DNA of 64,000 nucleotides. Origin: the human T2T-CHM13v2.0 reference genome, Homo sapiens. The notes beneath the pieces are model-generated. The model did no database searches. It had not been told where the DNA came from and saw only the letters and a program-made list of their open reading frames with translations. A program made the translations under genes and the position numbers. Below are positions 30,161-44,457 of the stretch, piece after piece (position 1 is the stretch's first letter; each line of letters starts with the position of its first letter). Where the stretch lies: assembly GCA_009914755.4 (NCBI GenBank), contig CP086569.2, forward strand, positions 3,328,001-3,392,000, read 5' to 3'.

Positions 30161-31439
30161 TTATTTTAGGTTTAGGGGTACATGTGCAGGATTTTTATAT
30201 TGACAAACTCATGTTGTAGGGGCTTGTGCAAATTTTGTCACCCAGGTACTAAGCATAGTGCCCAATAGTTATTTTTTCTGATTCTCCTTCTCCTTCCACC
30301 CTCCACCCTCAAGTAGGCCTAAGTATCTTTTGTTCCCCTTTTTGTTGCCATGTGTTCTCATTATTTAGCTTCTACTTACAAGTGAGAACATGCAGTATTT
30401 GGTTTTCTGTTCCTGTATTAGTTTGCTAGAATAATAGCCTCCAGTTCCACCCACGTTCCCAGAAGGGATATAATATTCTTTTTTCTGGCTGCATAGTATT
30501 CCATGGTATATATGTACCACATTTTATTTATCCAGTCTGTCATTGATGGGCATTTTCGTTGATTCCATGTCTTTGCTATTGCGAATAGTGCTACAATGAA
30601 CATATGCATACATGTGTCTTTGTGGTAGAACAACTTCTATTCCTTTTATTTTACTATATTTATTTTCCTATATGTTACCCAGTAATGAACAACTTAAAAA
30701 TAATAAGAGCCATCTATCATAAATCCACAGACAAAATCATACTAAACAGTCAAAAGCTGAATGTATTCCCCTTGAAAACTGGCACAAGATGAGGATGCCC
30801 TGTCCCACCACACCTGTTCATCATAGTATTGGAAGTCCCGGCCAGAGAAATAATGTAAGAGAAATAAATAAATGGCATCCAAATAGGAAGAGAGAAAGTC
30901 AAACTACCCCTGTTTGCAGAAGAAATGATTCTATATCTAGAAAACCCCATAGTCATGGCCACAAAGCTTCTTAACCTGATAAACAACTTTAGCAAAGTTT
31001 CAGAATACAAAATCAATGCACAAAAATCATTAGCATTCCTATTCACCAACAGCCAAGCTGAGAGCCAAATCAGGAATGCAATTGCATTTACAACTGCCAC
31101 AAAAAAATGATACAGCTAGCCAGTTAGGTGAAAGAGCTCTATGGTGAGAATTACAAAACAATGCAGAAAGAAATCAGAGATCACACAAATAAATGAAAAG
31201 CCATTCCATGCTCATGAACAGGAAAAATCAGTATCACTAAAATGGTCATACTGCCTAAAACAATTTACAGATTCAGTGCTATTCCTATCAAACTACCAAT
31301 AATATTCTTCAAAGAACTAGATAAAACTATTATAAAATTCATATGGAAACAAAAAAGAACCTGAGTAGCTAAGGCAATCCTAAGCAAAAAGAACAGAAAT
31401 GAAAGCATCACGGTACCCAACTGCAAAATATACTACAGG

Positions 31440-31780
<341 letters not shown>

Positions 31781-31964
31781 CTAGGCCCGGGAGTACCTGA
31801 GGGACCGGCGGCGATGACGGCAGTGGAGGCCTAGTGGGCTCGGTGCGTGGGTCGGCGGCGGCTCGGGGTCCACCCGCGGGCTACAGTGCAAGCGGGGGGC
31901 CCGGCTCCCGTCCTCCCCCACCCGGCTCCGCCACTATGATTGGGTGGAAGATGGCGCTGGCCAG

Positions 31965-33073
31965 ATGGAAATCCTAATGACAGTCTCCAAATTCGCCTCC
32001 ATCTGTACCATGGGCGCCAATGCTTCGGCGTTAGAGAAAGAGATTGGTCCAGAACAGTTTCCGGTCAACGAGCATTATTTTGGATTAGTCAATTTTGGGA
32101 ATACCTGCTACTGCAATTCAGTTCTTCAAGCACTTATTTTTGTCGTCCGTTTCGGGAAAAAGTTCTTGCATATAAGAGTCAACCTAGGAAAAAGGAGAGC
32201 TTTCTTACATGCTTAGCAGATCTCTTCCACAGCATAGCCACTCAGAAGAAAAAGGTTGGAGTAATACCTCCGAAGAAGTTCATCACAAGATTACAGAAAT
32301 AAAATGAGCTTTTCGACAACTACATGCAACAAGATGCCCATGAATTCTTAAATTACCTACTAAATACAATTGGTGATATTTTACAAGAAGAGAGAAAGCA
32401 GGAAAAACAAAATGGTCGCTAACCTAATGATAATATTGATAATGAAAATAATAGCAGCACACCAGACCCAACGTGGGTTCATGAGATTTTTTGGGGAACG
32501 TTAACTAATGAAACCAGAAGTCTTACTTGCGAAACTATAAGCAGCAAAGATGAAGATTTTTTAGACCTTTCTGTTGACGTGGAACAAAATACATCAATTA
32601 CTCACTGCTTAAGGGGTTTCAGCAACACAGAAACTCTATGCAGTTAATACAAGTATTACTGTGAAGAGTGTCGCAGCAAACAGGAAGCACACAAACAGAT
32701 GAAAGTTTAAAAACTGCCCATGATTCTAGCTCTACACTTGAAGAGATTTAAATATATGGATCAACTTCATCGATATACAAAACTCTCTTACCGGGTGGTT
32801 TTTCCTTTAGAACTTCGTCTATTTAACACTTCAGGTGATGCCACCAATCCAGACAGAATGTACGACCTTGTTGCTGTTGTGGTTCACTGTGGAAGTGGTC
32901 CCAATCGAGGCCATTATATTGCGATAGTTAAGAGTCATGATTTTTGATTGTTGTTTGATGAGACATTGTAGAAAAATAGATACACAAGCTATTGAAGAAT
33001 TCTACGGGTTGACATCAGATACTCAAAGAACTCTGAGTCTGGTTACATCCTTTTCTATCAGTCTCGGGACTGA
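31965..33073 (+). pseudogene. CDS-homologous segment of the USP12 retrocopy (disabled; not translated as an intact protein)
   Basis: ATG at 31965 through a TGA at 33071-33073 that is colinear with the USP12 stop (…ILFYQSRD*). Frameshift after about codon 58 (…[14 protein letters not shown]). Premature stops at RLQK*, NGR*, LCS*YKY, KV*K and DF*. Confidence 0.88.
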
Positions 33074-35959
33074 GGGGGAACTGCGATGAAGAGATACTTT
33101 CTGCCTCATTTCTTTTCTGGTTATTTTGGAAAGGATCAAGCACTGATTTTTCAAGAAAAGAGAAATGCAGGAAGCTCAGGGGTCAGTAGCAGGCTTTGCA
33201 CACGATAAAGCAAAAACGATGGATTGACAAGCCCTTCTGATCATGGTAGTTGATTTATTTGCTCAGGTATCATGCTGTCTGTACAGTTCCATACAACAAG
33301 GAGGTGAAATCCATACCAGCTTCTCTTGTAAAACAGCCTTCCAGTCATTGACAGGCATTTTCTCTTTGCTAATTGCACCAATAATGCTTTGAATTCCTTA
33401 GGGGTGCGGTAGAAAGAATCGGAATCTGGACTGTATTGGTAAGGAGATGATGTTGAACGCACTGCATAAATTTGCCTGGTTCAGTATGTATAGAAGCATA
33501 TTCAGTGGTCTTTTCAAGAGTAAACCAGAAATACTTTTGGGCCCAACACTTGCAGTTGCTTTCCTGATGTAAAAACTAACATGCTAGATAATCCAGTGTC
33601 AGGAAGACAAAGATGCTTTGCTTCTCTGAAGAAGCTTATAATAATATACAGTATATGTATATGTAGGGAGCAATTGGTCAAAAGTGGCTTTTTGTTTCCA
33701 CAAGGGGAAAGACTGGCTATGTAATTATAATTTTTTCCTTATTTATTTTACTTAAAGCTGGTAGAGTCTAAGTATTGTATGAAGTGCCCATGATTCTGTC
33801 AGTAAATTTGAGCATATTTTTATCAGTTAATGTCATTTTAACTGGTCCTTTTGTTTGTTTCTATTTTTAAGGTGAATTTTAAATTATATCTGAAATCAGT
33901 AAGATACCTTGAGAAAAACTGCAATGAGAGGAGGTAAATATCCTTTTCAGGAGGAACTGATATCTCTGGCTAAATATTTGTCCTTTTATTATGGCATCTA
34001 AATCAGTTATTTTCTTCAGCTTTAATTTCATAAAATTAAAAAACTATATAAAAAATTCCTGTAGTTGTTGGAATAATTAAAAATTCTGGTGCAGTGGTGG
34101 TATACCAATCTTTAGAATTCTTAAGAATTCTAATGTTTCAAGTTGAGGCCATGCTTGGGAAAATCATGTCATAGCATTTATGTTATTTTCAGATATCATT
34201 TTTTACCTTGGAAAGAAGTAATAATGTTCATCATAACCCTAACAGCCTGGATAGTGAGCTAAACAAACCCTTTGAAGATTACATTTTAATCAAGTAGACT
34301 AGGAATATAAAAAACAAGTCCTTCCTCCCCTTCCCCCCACCTTTACAAATCTTACTGGAAGGGTGTTCAGAAATTAAAATTTGTGTTTGCTAAGACTTCA
34401 TTCTATTGGGGGTTTTAAGAAGTAATATATGTAATGTAAAATGTATGTAAACCACTGCAGTTTTTTTGGACATTTTTCCATGTATCAGTAAGTTGTCTGA
34501 CAGTAGCCAAATGTAACTTGCAGAAAGTTATTGAAAGTTATATTGAGAATAATAGCAATCAGGCCTTGGATGTTCTTTATTAAACTCTTTTCAAGCAGTA
34601 AATTTTAAAAAAAAATCTGCCATTTTCTAAAGTTCTTTTGCTAAGACTGTTGACTACGGAAAACAAACAACAAAATGGAATGTTTTTAGTCTGCTGCTAT
34701 TATTAACATTTGTTATCTGTACCTTTTGGCTCAGGAAATTACTTCACCTATTTGTTCCATAAGCAGACTTTTAACAGGGTCATTTAGGTAACTGGGCTGC
34801 TTAAACAGATGTGCTGGGAGAAAATTATAATATTTAGTATTTGTACTAAATATCAAAAGTATTTTGGCAAGTTTCTTTTTAAAATAGTTTCTAAAGCCTT
34901 ACCCTGGCTAGAGATGTTTTGTACAAATGATATACAGCCTGCCTGATCTACCAACATGCCAGAGAATCACAATCAACAATGTGGGGAAAGTTAGGGCAGT
35001 GGAAGTGGATGCACACTTTTTATTTTGAGGGCTTAAACCAAATTGTTTTGGACTTAAAGCTGTATTTCTGCAACTTTCAGTACAGAGAAAAAGGGGAAAG
35101 TGAAGCTGTGTCAGTTTTAACATTAGCTATATCACAACATGTTTAAGAAAGATAGATGAAGTCATTTGCATAAAGGTACAGCATTGAAATACTATGTTGT
35201 GTTTGTTTTTACATTTTTGCCAAAAAAAATACAGTAAAAGCCAAGTTAAATTTCATATTAAAGCAAGTTCTAGTATATGTATTGAGTTCCTGGTAGTCAC
35301 ATACTTTGTTCACATCTGCACCATACTTCGTAGTATGATTTGTCAGGGGAGGGACTGTGGGGTGACAGTTTCACATTTACTTTTTCTTCTTAATGCAGCT
35401 GGATCTAAGTAAAATGTTTTGAAGTTTATCAGAAACTCAGTATACTTTTAAAATATATAGGGTCAGGGTTGGGGGAAAAATACAGGTATAGTAAGAAAAG
35501 TGACCCATGAAGAAAGCATTGTGAGGTTGTATGTTGGTTGACTGTGATTAAAATGCGAGGCTGGTGTAAGTTGTAAATGGTGGCTGATTGCCATGTAACT
35601 ATGTACATGATTGTTGGGATGGCTGTCCCATATTTTGTATATTGGAATAAATATTTCTATAAATTATTGTAACTAAAAGTAAATATTCTAAATTAAATCC
35701 CACTTCTTAAGTCTCATGGCTTCTGTCTTGGAAACTTTACCTTTAAAAGATTATTTAAGACAGGAACCAGGAGGTTTGGGCACAGGGAAAGAAGGAAATG
35801 CTGTATTATGTGGGTCTTGTGGCCTCTAACCATCAGTATAGGGTTTTTTCTTTCCTTGATGGCAGTAGAAAGACCTCATTTTCATAACATAACTACTCTT
35901 CATACTTTCTTAAAAACACTTTTTATTAAAGATTCCATCATGAAGTATTTGGCTGGGAG

Positions 35960-36160
35960 CTGGGAGGCTAAAGCACTCATGTCCTGGCTCTTCAGTGAAT
36001 TTAACTGTGTGACCTTGGGCAAGTCACTTAACCTCTCTGTACTTCAGTCTCCGTATCTTGTAAAATGAGAGTAATACTTACCTCACAGTGTTGTTGTGGG
36101 GATTAATTAGAGATAACGTCTGTAAAGCACTTAAGGTTCTTGAAGAAGGCTCTATATAAA
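35960..36160 (+). mobile_element. MIR (mammalian-wide interspersed repeat) core, probably part of the parental USP12 3'UTR
   Basis: tgtgtgaccttgggcaagtcacttaacctctctgtacttcagtctccgtatcttgtaaaatgagagtaatacttacctcacagtgttgttgtggggattaattagagataacgtctgtaaagcacttaag matches the MIR consensus. Confidence 0.55.
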
Positions 36161-38528
36161 TACAAAATAATATCTACTAAAGTTGGTTTATTTGTGTAAA
36201 AAGAAATATATATATACACAGGTATACATACATACACTACAGGGCTACAGTAACCAAAACAGTGTGGCACTGGTATAAAAACAGACACATAGACTAATGG
36301 AACAGAATATAGAGCCCAGAAATAAGGCTGCCCACCTAAAATTATCTGATTTTTGACAAAGTGACAAAAACAAGCAATGGAGAAAAGACTCCCTCCTATT
36401 CAATAAATGGTGTTGGGATAACTGGCTAGCCACATGGAGAAGGTTTAAACTGCACCCATTTTTTACTTCACATACAAAAATCAACTCAAGGCAGAATAAA
36501 GATTTAAATGTGAAAACCAACACTATAAAAACCCTGGAGGACAACCTAGAAAAATACCATCCTGGACCTAGAAACTGGCAAAGATTTCATGACAAAGATC
36601 CCAAAAGCAATGATAGTAAAAGCAAAAATTTACAAATAGGATGTATTTAAATGTAAGAGCTTCACCATAGCCAAAGAAACTATCAACAGAGTACACAGAC
36701 AACCTATGGAACAGGAGAAAATATTTGCAAACTATGCATTTGACAAAGGTCTAATATATAGTATCTGTAAGGACCTTAAACAAGTTTACAAGCAAAACAC
36801 CAAGAGCCACATTAAAAAGGAGGCAAAGGACATGAGCACACTTTTCAAAAGAAGACATACATGTGGCCAACAAGCATGTGAAAAAAAAATTCAATTATCA
36901 CTGAGCATTAGAGAAATGCAAATCAAAGCCACAGTGAGATATCATCTCATACCTGTCAGAGTGGCTATTACTAGAAGTTGCAAAGTAGCAGATGTTGGCG
37001 AGGTTGTGCAGAAAAGGGAATCTTTATACGCTGTTGGTGGGAGTGTAAGTTAGTTCAACCATCATGGAAAGCAGTGTGGCAATTTCTCAAAGAGCTAAAT
37101 AAAGGTTTCAATAGGCATTTGTAGTAAGATATTTCATGTTCTGTTTAAGTCTTTCACAGTTCATATTCTTGGTAAGACCTCATTAGTAAAATCTCCAGAA
37201 ATTCCACTACGTGTAGTCTCCCTAAACATAAGGCTGAGTCATTAAGACAGTAGCACAACCTAGAACTCTTCAGTCCCTGCTTTTCTGGAAGCCAATTTAA
37301 GTAGTTATATATTTCAATCAGAGAGTGAAACATGCATTAGCCTTAAGATTTTATTCAGAATTTTATAGATAAGTGTCTCGTTTCAATTATAATCCATTGA
37401 GATGGCTGAATATCTCACTAATGGAACAATGTTTCCTCTCAAAATTTATATTTGAATGTTTTAATACAAATGAAAATATTCTTATTTTTCTGTAGTACTT
37501 TGTTATCCTAAAATTTGAAAAATGTCAAAATCAAATATAAATATGATTGAAAATCAGTTTGTAAGTCTGTTCTTATCATTTTTTGTAAGAATTTATTTTA
37601 CCTAAGCTAGCTTTGCTTCACATTATATTTTGTGGAATTTTAATAAATGGTTTTGAATAGCAATCAACACAGAAGTTTTTCTAATATTTTTATTTGGTCC
37701 ATAAAACATTAAACAAATGACAGTTTCTCTTGTTTCAAATGAATGTGTCAGTGCTGAAAAAATTTTGATGTGCTACTCACATGAGCTCACTTATAGAATT
37801 TGAGAGAAAAATAACACAATTCAAATGTTATTTTATTTTGAAAACAACCCATTTATGAGGACATATTTACTGGCTATTTGTCCATAAACACTTTTTTTCA
37901 AAAGGAGGTATGTGTTTGTTTATTTGTATGTGTATGTATGTGTGCACGCACACTCATGTACACCTATACATTTATTAATATGGAAAACAGCTAAAACTTT
38001 AAAGAAAGGTTTCTGGTCTTTGTTTTTATTTCATTCATGACATTTCAAAGAAAACTCTACTAATTGGCTGCCATTGGGTCAGATTCCCACAGCTGGCTTA
38101 ATTTTAAAATAGAGGATCTACCACAGCATATACAGCAATAATTTCATAATTTTTAATTGAATCAAGATTTTTAAATTTTATAATGAAGTATATGTAAGGT
38201 ATCTGAGAACATATTTACCCAGATAATTTATTTTTTCTTTATATTTATAATTGTAAATATAATTCTACAGTGCAAATTATTAGGTAATTTAAAAAGCTCC
38301 TTACTAGAAGAAGGTTATCATAAAGGGGAAAAAAATCATACTTCAATTAGAAATTTAAAAGTTTTCCTTATAATTTCTAAATGTTAGTGCATCTTAAAGT
38401 AGAAATGATTTAATTTTTAATTAAATAAAAATAATTTTCTCATAAAAGTACATATATATATCTTTACTTCAGAAGACTATAAAATTTAAATATTATATCA
38501 ATTAATTTGTATAATAAAATTAATCACT

Positions 38529-38553
38529 GTGTGTGTGTGTGTGTGTGTGTGTG
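38529..38553. repeat. (GT)12 dinucleotide microsatellite
   Basis: gtgtgtgtgtgtgtgtgtgtgtgtg. Confidence 0.9.
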
Positions 38554-39128
38554 GTTCAGTTGAGTCATAAGTCATTCTCAAATTTGTAAGTTAGGCAATA
38601 TTACAAAATGTAGTTATCATTTAATGTTTCCCGTTCAATGCGGCAAGTTATATTTTATATTTTATTACTGAAATGATCCTCACGACAGTGCTATAAAGGT
38701 GGTACTTTCAATATGTCTACTTTACAGATGAAACAGCTGAGTTAGAGAGATTATGTGCTTTATTCAAGGTTATATTTTTAGCATGAGGCAGGGCTATAAT
38801 TTGAACCCAAAATGTCTGACACGAGAGTTTACCCCCCTAAATTCTGAAGAAAATTTCTCGAATAAAGAAAGCACCCAAGGTGAAAATCAATACATATTAA
38901 AACATATATGATTTGTCTGTGAGAATATCATGGGCAATTTCTCATAATTCTGAAGGTTTAAAAGCATGCATAACAAATGAATCAGTTCATAATTTCAAAT
39001 GACATATTATAAAACTCAGTTTAAAAAGTAATTAAAGTATCTATTATCAAACATAAAGTACAATAATACTAAGCAATATCCCATAATGATGGGCCATATG
39101 GTGAGATATTATGAAAAGCTATAACATT

Positions 39129-39451
<323 letters not shown>

Positions 39452-40501
39452 TTATCTTCAACACTTAAAATATATCTTTTGTGATTCCTCTAACAGCTCA
39501 AACATCACATAAAACAATGCAGAGGGTCAAAGCATTGTCATGTTCAGTTATTTCAGCAGCTAGTCACATATGACAGTAGGAATCTATTCTTTGAATAAAT
39601 ACGTTGAGACAGTTGTGTAGAATCCACTCACATGATACCCAACATATAACTGAAAATTACAATTGAAACTGATGGTTTAAACCATTAATTGCACCATCCA
39701 CTGAATTTTGTATATTTGTTATTTATGCTTGATAACTTGAATTGACTAATTGGTTCATAGATTGCCCGCTACTAATTCACCACCTCCAAAACACGAACAT
39801 CCCTTTGAGTACTTCTGTACTTGATCACACAAACAGAAAGGAGAAAGCACAGGTTTTGATTCTATCCACTGTGCTAAGAGCAGTATTCATTATTCACTTA
39901 ATGCTATAGTCTGAATGTTTCCTCCAAAATCCATGTTGAAATTTAATGGCTGTTGTGATTATATTAAGAGGTGAGAATAGTAAGAATGGGTTGCTGCCAT
40001 ATGCCATGGGGATGAGTTAATTATCCCGGGAGTAGGTTCCTGATCAAAAGCATGAGTTATACCCTCTTTCTTTCTGTCTGATGTACTCACCTGCCCTTCT
40101 GTCTTCTGCCATGTTTTGCTGCATCACAAAGACCTTCATTAGAAGCCAGCTCTTAGCCTTCTCAGCCTTCAAAACCCTGAGGCATATAAACTTCAATTTT
40201 TTAAATTAATTACCCAGTCTCTGGTACTCTGTATGGCAATGCAAAATAAACTAGGACATTTAACTTTGTTATTAGCTCTTCACTATAATTTTATTTGAAC
40301 CTTTTTTGTATCAAGTGAGTAAAAACAGCATGATATGTACTCAAAAAGTAGAAAGTAAATGAATATTTTAAAATAAATTATGCATTCAATCTCAAGCTGC
40401 TTTATCTGAATTACTGAAATTAGTTTTCCTCTCACAGCAAGTTTTTATTAAAAATGTCTAAAACATTCAGAGGCAAAAATATATAACAAAAATTTACCTT
40501 C

Positions 40502-40886
40502 TGATACGGTTTGGATCTGTGTTCCTGTCCAAATCTTGTGTTGAATTGTAATATTGGAGGTAGGGCCTGGTGGGAGGTAACTGGATCACCGGGGTGGTTT
40601 CTCATGGTTTAACACCATTCTCCTTGGAGCTTTGAGTTCTCACAAAATATGGTTGTTTAAAGCTCTGTAACACCTCCCCTCTCCCTCTCTTGGTCCTATT
40701 ACTGCATTGTAAGGCGCCTCCTCCCACTTTGCCTTCTACCTTGAGTAAAAGTTCCCTGAGGCCTCTCCAGAAGCAGATGATGCCATGCTTCCTGTACAGC
40801 CTATGGAACCATAAGCCAATTAAATCTCTTTTCTTATAAATGACCCAGTCTCAGGTATTTATAGCAGTGCAAGAATGGAGTAATAC
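40502..40886 (+). mobile_element. Solo ERVL-MaLR LTR (MSTA/MSTB-like), with perfect 5-bp TSD ccttc
   Basis: tgatacggtttggatctgtgttcctgtccaaatcttgtgttgaattgtaatattggaggtagggcctggtgggagg ... cctatggaaccataagccaattaaatctcttttcttataaatgacccagtctcaggtatttatagcagtgcaagaatggagtaataca. ccttc immediately flanks both ends. Confidence 0.75.
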
Positions 40887-42387
40887 ACCTTCCTTATGCT
40901 AAAGAAATGCTTCGCTGTGTAAAGGGTTCTATATACACACACAAACGTATACAGAAACAGAGACAAACTGGAGTCAGTTCTTAAAAGTTTCTAGGAATCT
41001 GATACCAAACATAAATTTTACTAACAAAGAAGAAAGAAAAGAAAAGGAAACATATAGTGTGTTGATTTATTCTAACCCAGCTACTTATATATGCCAGGTA
41101 CTAGTACTCTTCATTTGAAAATATAGATATTACTTTTAATGTTATTTGCAAAAAATAATAAATTAAAATAAATATATGTTTATATTACACCAGATTATAT
41201 CATATGAGCATTAGGGTATATTACTTCTCTCCCATGACTTTTGTTTTCACAAAGGCAAAAGATTGACAGATCAGCCATGCTACTAGTTTAGTAAATTTAG
41301 GTAAATGAATTAACTGTCCTATATTATAGTAAAAATACAGGAAAAAATAAAGTGTTTGGTGGATAGAATAATCTTTTACGAACAGCTAGAATGGTAGTTC
41401 TACTAGAATATTATCCGTACTCTTTAGCAGACAAAAATTTTTTACACATCATTGTAGGAAACAGGGCAATTTGAAATTAACTGGTGCTAAAATCTTTTCA
41501 TTACTCTACAGAAGTGTTTGTCAAAGTAAGAGCCTGGATTCACATTCATCAGAGTATGCTCTAAGCACTTCCTGTATCACTTAGGATGTAGCAAGTCACA
41601 AAAGATTATTGTTGTCTAACTTCAATAATAAGCCAGGTAAGTTACAAAGGCATAGTTTTTCTTTTTAAAAAAGTTTTAAATCTGAGGATAAAAAGAAAAC
41701 TAAATCAGCTAAAATGCAGAACATGAGAAGCCCTTCATAGGAGAGAAGAGGCTCATGTTTACTTTGTTCCTTTATAGAGTGCTGTGAGGAGAGGAATCTA
41801 CTATAGATAATTGTTAATAGCAACCACTCAAATATTGAACAGACCTTTGATAACATGTATAAGCCGGTTTATTGAATTGGGATCTGCAAACACCCCAGCA
41901 ATTAAAAAAGTATGTACAGTGCTTTCAACACTTTCCCATGGGCCCTCAAAGAATCTTAAGGGATAATATGCTAAAAGTTGCAGACAGAAGAAAACTGAGA
42001 GATAGAGCCTCCAGAGATATAACTACCCTACTTCAGTCCACAAACAAAAATTAATTCAAGACAAATTATAGAGCAAAATATTAAATCTAGATTCATAAAA
42101 CTTCCAGGAGAAAATATTGAAAAAATCTGCACATTGTGTTACTCGAAGACCTTCTAGTCAGCTCACAAGTAGTAACCATAAGGACAAAAAATTATAAATG
42201 AGACAGTCAAACTTTTAGTTATGCTAATCAAAAGACAGCATAAAAAGGATAAATATGTAAGCCTCTATCTGTGAAAACTATTTGCAATATATATGTATAT
42301 ATCTAAGATCCTTAACCAAGCTTATGTCCACTTGAAGACAAGTATAAGAATGTACATAACACTTCAATTCATAATAGCTAAAAATTG

Positions 42388-42793
<406 letters not shown>

Positions 42794-44133
42794 TCATATG
42801 TAAAAAAATAGAGAATCTAAAACCATTAAATTGAATACAAGAAGCCAAACACAAATAAGTACATACTATACAAGTCCATTTATATGAATAGACAAAACTA
42901 CATTATGTTAATAGAAATCAACAGTCATTACCTATGGGTTTCACTGTCTCCCTAGGTGAGGAAACTTTCAGGCGTGTTGTAAATGTTCTATGTCTAATTT
43001 TGGTTGGTAGTTAGATGTGTGTATGTTATTGTCAAAGCACATCAAACAGCACTCAAGATTTTTTATTTTCTTGTATGTTAATTTTATCTCAGTAAAAATG
43101 CTACAAGAATTTTAACCATTTTTTTCTAGTTACAGTGCTGATTCATAGATCCTACAACAGACCTATTGAAACTGGAATTCCAGGTTTGAGGCCCTAGAAT
43201 GTGCAATATTAACCAGCATACTGGGCAACTCTAATACACATTAAAATCTTAAACCCTTATCTGTAATATTCAACTTTATGTATTTTTACTACTGTATTTG
43301 CAAATTTTATTACTTCACTGTGGGCACGTAACTGATTTATAAACCTTTAAATAATGGTGTATGCTTAGAGAATCTTTTTATCTCTTATTGATTCTAACAT
43401 TTTTCTTGTCCTCTGGATTTAAAAAATTTTATTATGGTATACCTTGGTGAGATGTGCTTCATGCTTTTTGTGCTAGTTAGGATTCACTGAGCTGTGGGTT
43501 TATAATTTTCAAGTTTGGAAAATTTCTAGCCATTATATCTCTAAATATATTTCTGTTTGTTCCATGTCATCTATTCCGATGACTTGAGCTGCACATATAT
43601 TAGGCAATTTGAAGTTGTCTTGCTGTTCATTGACACTCTGCTAATTTTATTAGTGTTTCATGTTTTCTGTGATTTATTTTACATAGCTTTCTTATTGCTT
43701 TCTTCAAGTGTACAAATTCTTTCTATGTGGAAAATCTAGTCTGCCATTTATCCCATCCAGCGAATTTTATCTCAGGCATTCATTCTTACCTTCATCTCTG
43801 GACGTTAGATCTGAATCATTTTATACAACTCCCAATTCTCTACCTAATATGCTTTAATGTTTTGTCTGGCTTCTTAAACATAATAAAAACTGTTATAATA
43901 ATTATTGTTATGTCATGTTTATTAATCAATGTACTTCTGTATCTGTTTTGACTAATTGATTTTCCCTCAATATTAATTTGTATTTTTCTGTTACTTTGCA
44001 TGCTTGGTAAATTTGAATTGCTTATAATACATTGTGAATTTTAAATTGTGGATGCTAAATATTTTGTTAACCTATAAATTTTTGGATATTTGTTATTGGT
44101 CATGTTTTCATTACTTAGAAATAGTTTGATATT

Positions 44134-44457
44134 GGCCGGGCGTGGTGGCTCACGCCTGTAATCCCAGCACTTTGGGAGGCCAAGGCGGGCGGATCACGAG
44201 GTCAGGAGATGGAGACCATCCTGGCTAACACGGTGAAACCCCGTCTCTACTAAAAAAATAAAAAAAATTAGCCGGGCGTGGTGGCAGGCACCTGCTGTGC
44301 CAGCCACGCGGGAGGCTGAGGCAGGAGAATGGCATGAACCCAGGAGGCGGAGCTTGCAGTGAGCAGAGATGCACCACTGCACTCCAGCCTGGGCCACAGA
44401 GCAAGACTCCGTCTCAAAACAACAACAACAACAACAACAAAAACAAACAAACAAAAA
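44134..44457 (+). mobile_element. Alu SINE, AluY-like (relatively young: few CpG losses), with (CAA)n/(CAAA)n-containing tail
   Basis: ggccgggcgtggtggctcacgcctgtaatcccagcactttgggaggccaaggcgggcggatcacgaggtcaggagatggagaccatcctggctaacacggtgaaaccccgtctc... About 17-bp TSD agaaatagtttgatatt / agaaatagtttgtttgatatt. Confidence 0.92.

Noticed and set aside
31944-32216. ORF-track entry of 90 aa starting [17 protein letters not shown]..., which looks like an N-terminally extended USP12-like protein
   Set aside because: It starts at a GTG in the retrocopied 5'UTR. The reading frame breaks after about 58 USP12 codons (…NSVLQAL then unrelated residues). It is part of the processed pseudogene, not a gene.
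31940-32302. Overlapping 120-aa ORF in another frame ([11 protein letters not shown]…[55 protein letters not shown])
   Set aside because: It picks up USP12 residues about 59-122 only because of the upstream frameshift, and it ends at a premature stop (RLQK*). This is consistent with a pseudogene.
32720-32947. 75-aa [78 protein letters not shown]
   Set aside because: This is a genuine USP12 C-terminal-domain sequence, but it is isolated between stop codons of the disabled retrocopy. It is not an independent gene.
36706-37053. 115-aa [64 protein letters not shown]...
   Set aside because: This is the L1 ORF2 C-terminal region ([23 protein letters not shown]... homolog), a fragment of the twin-primed L1 and not a host gene.
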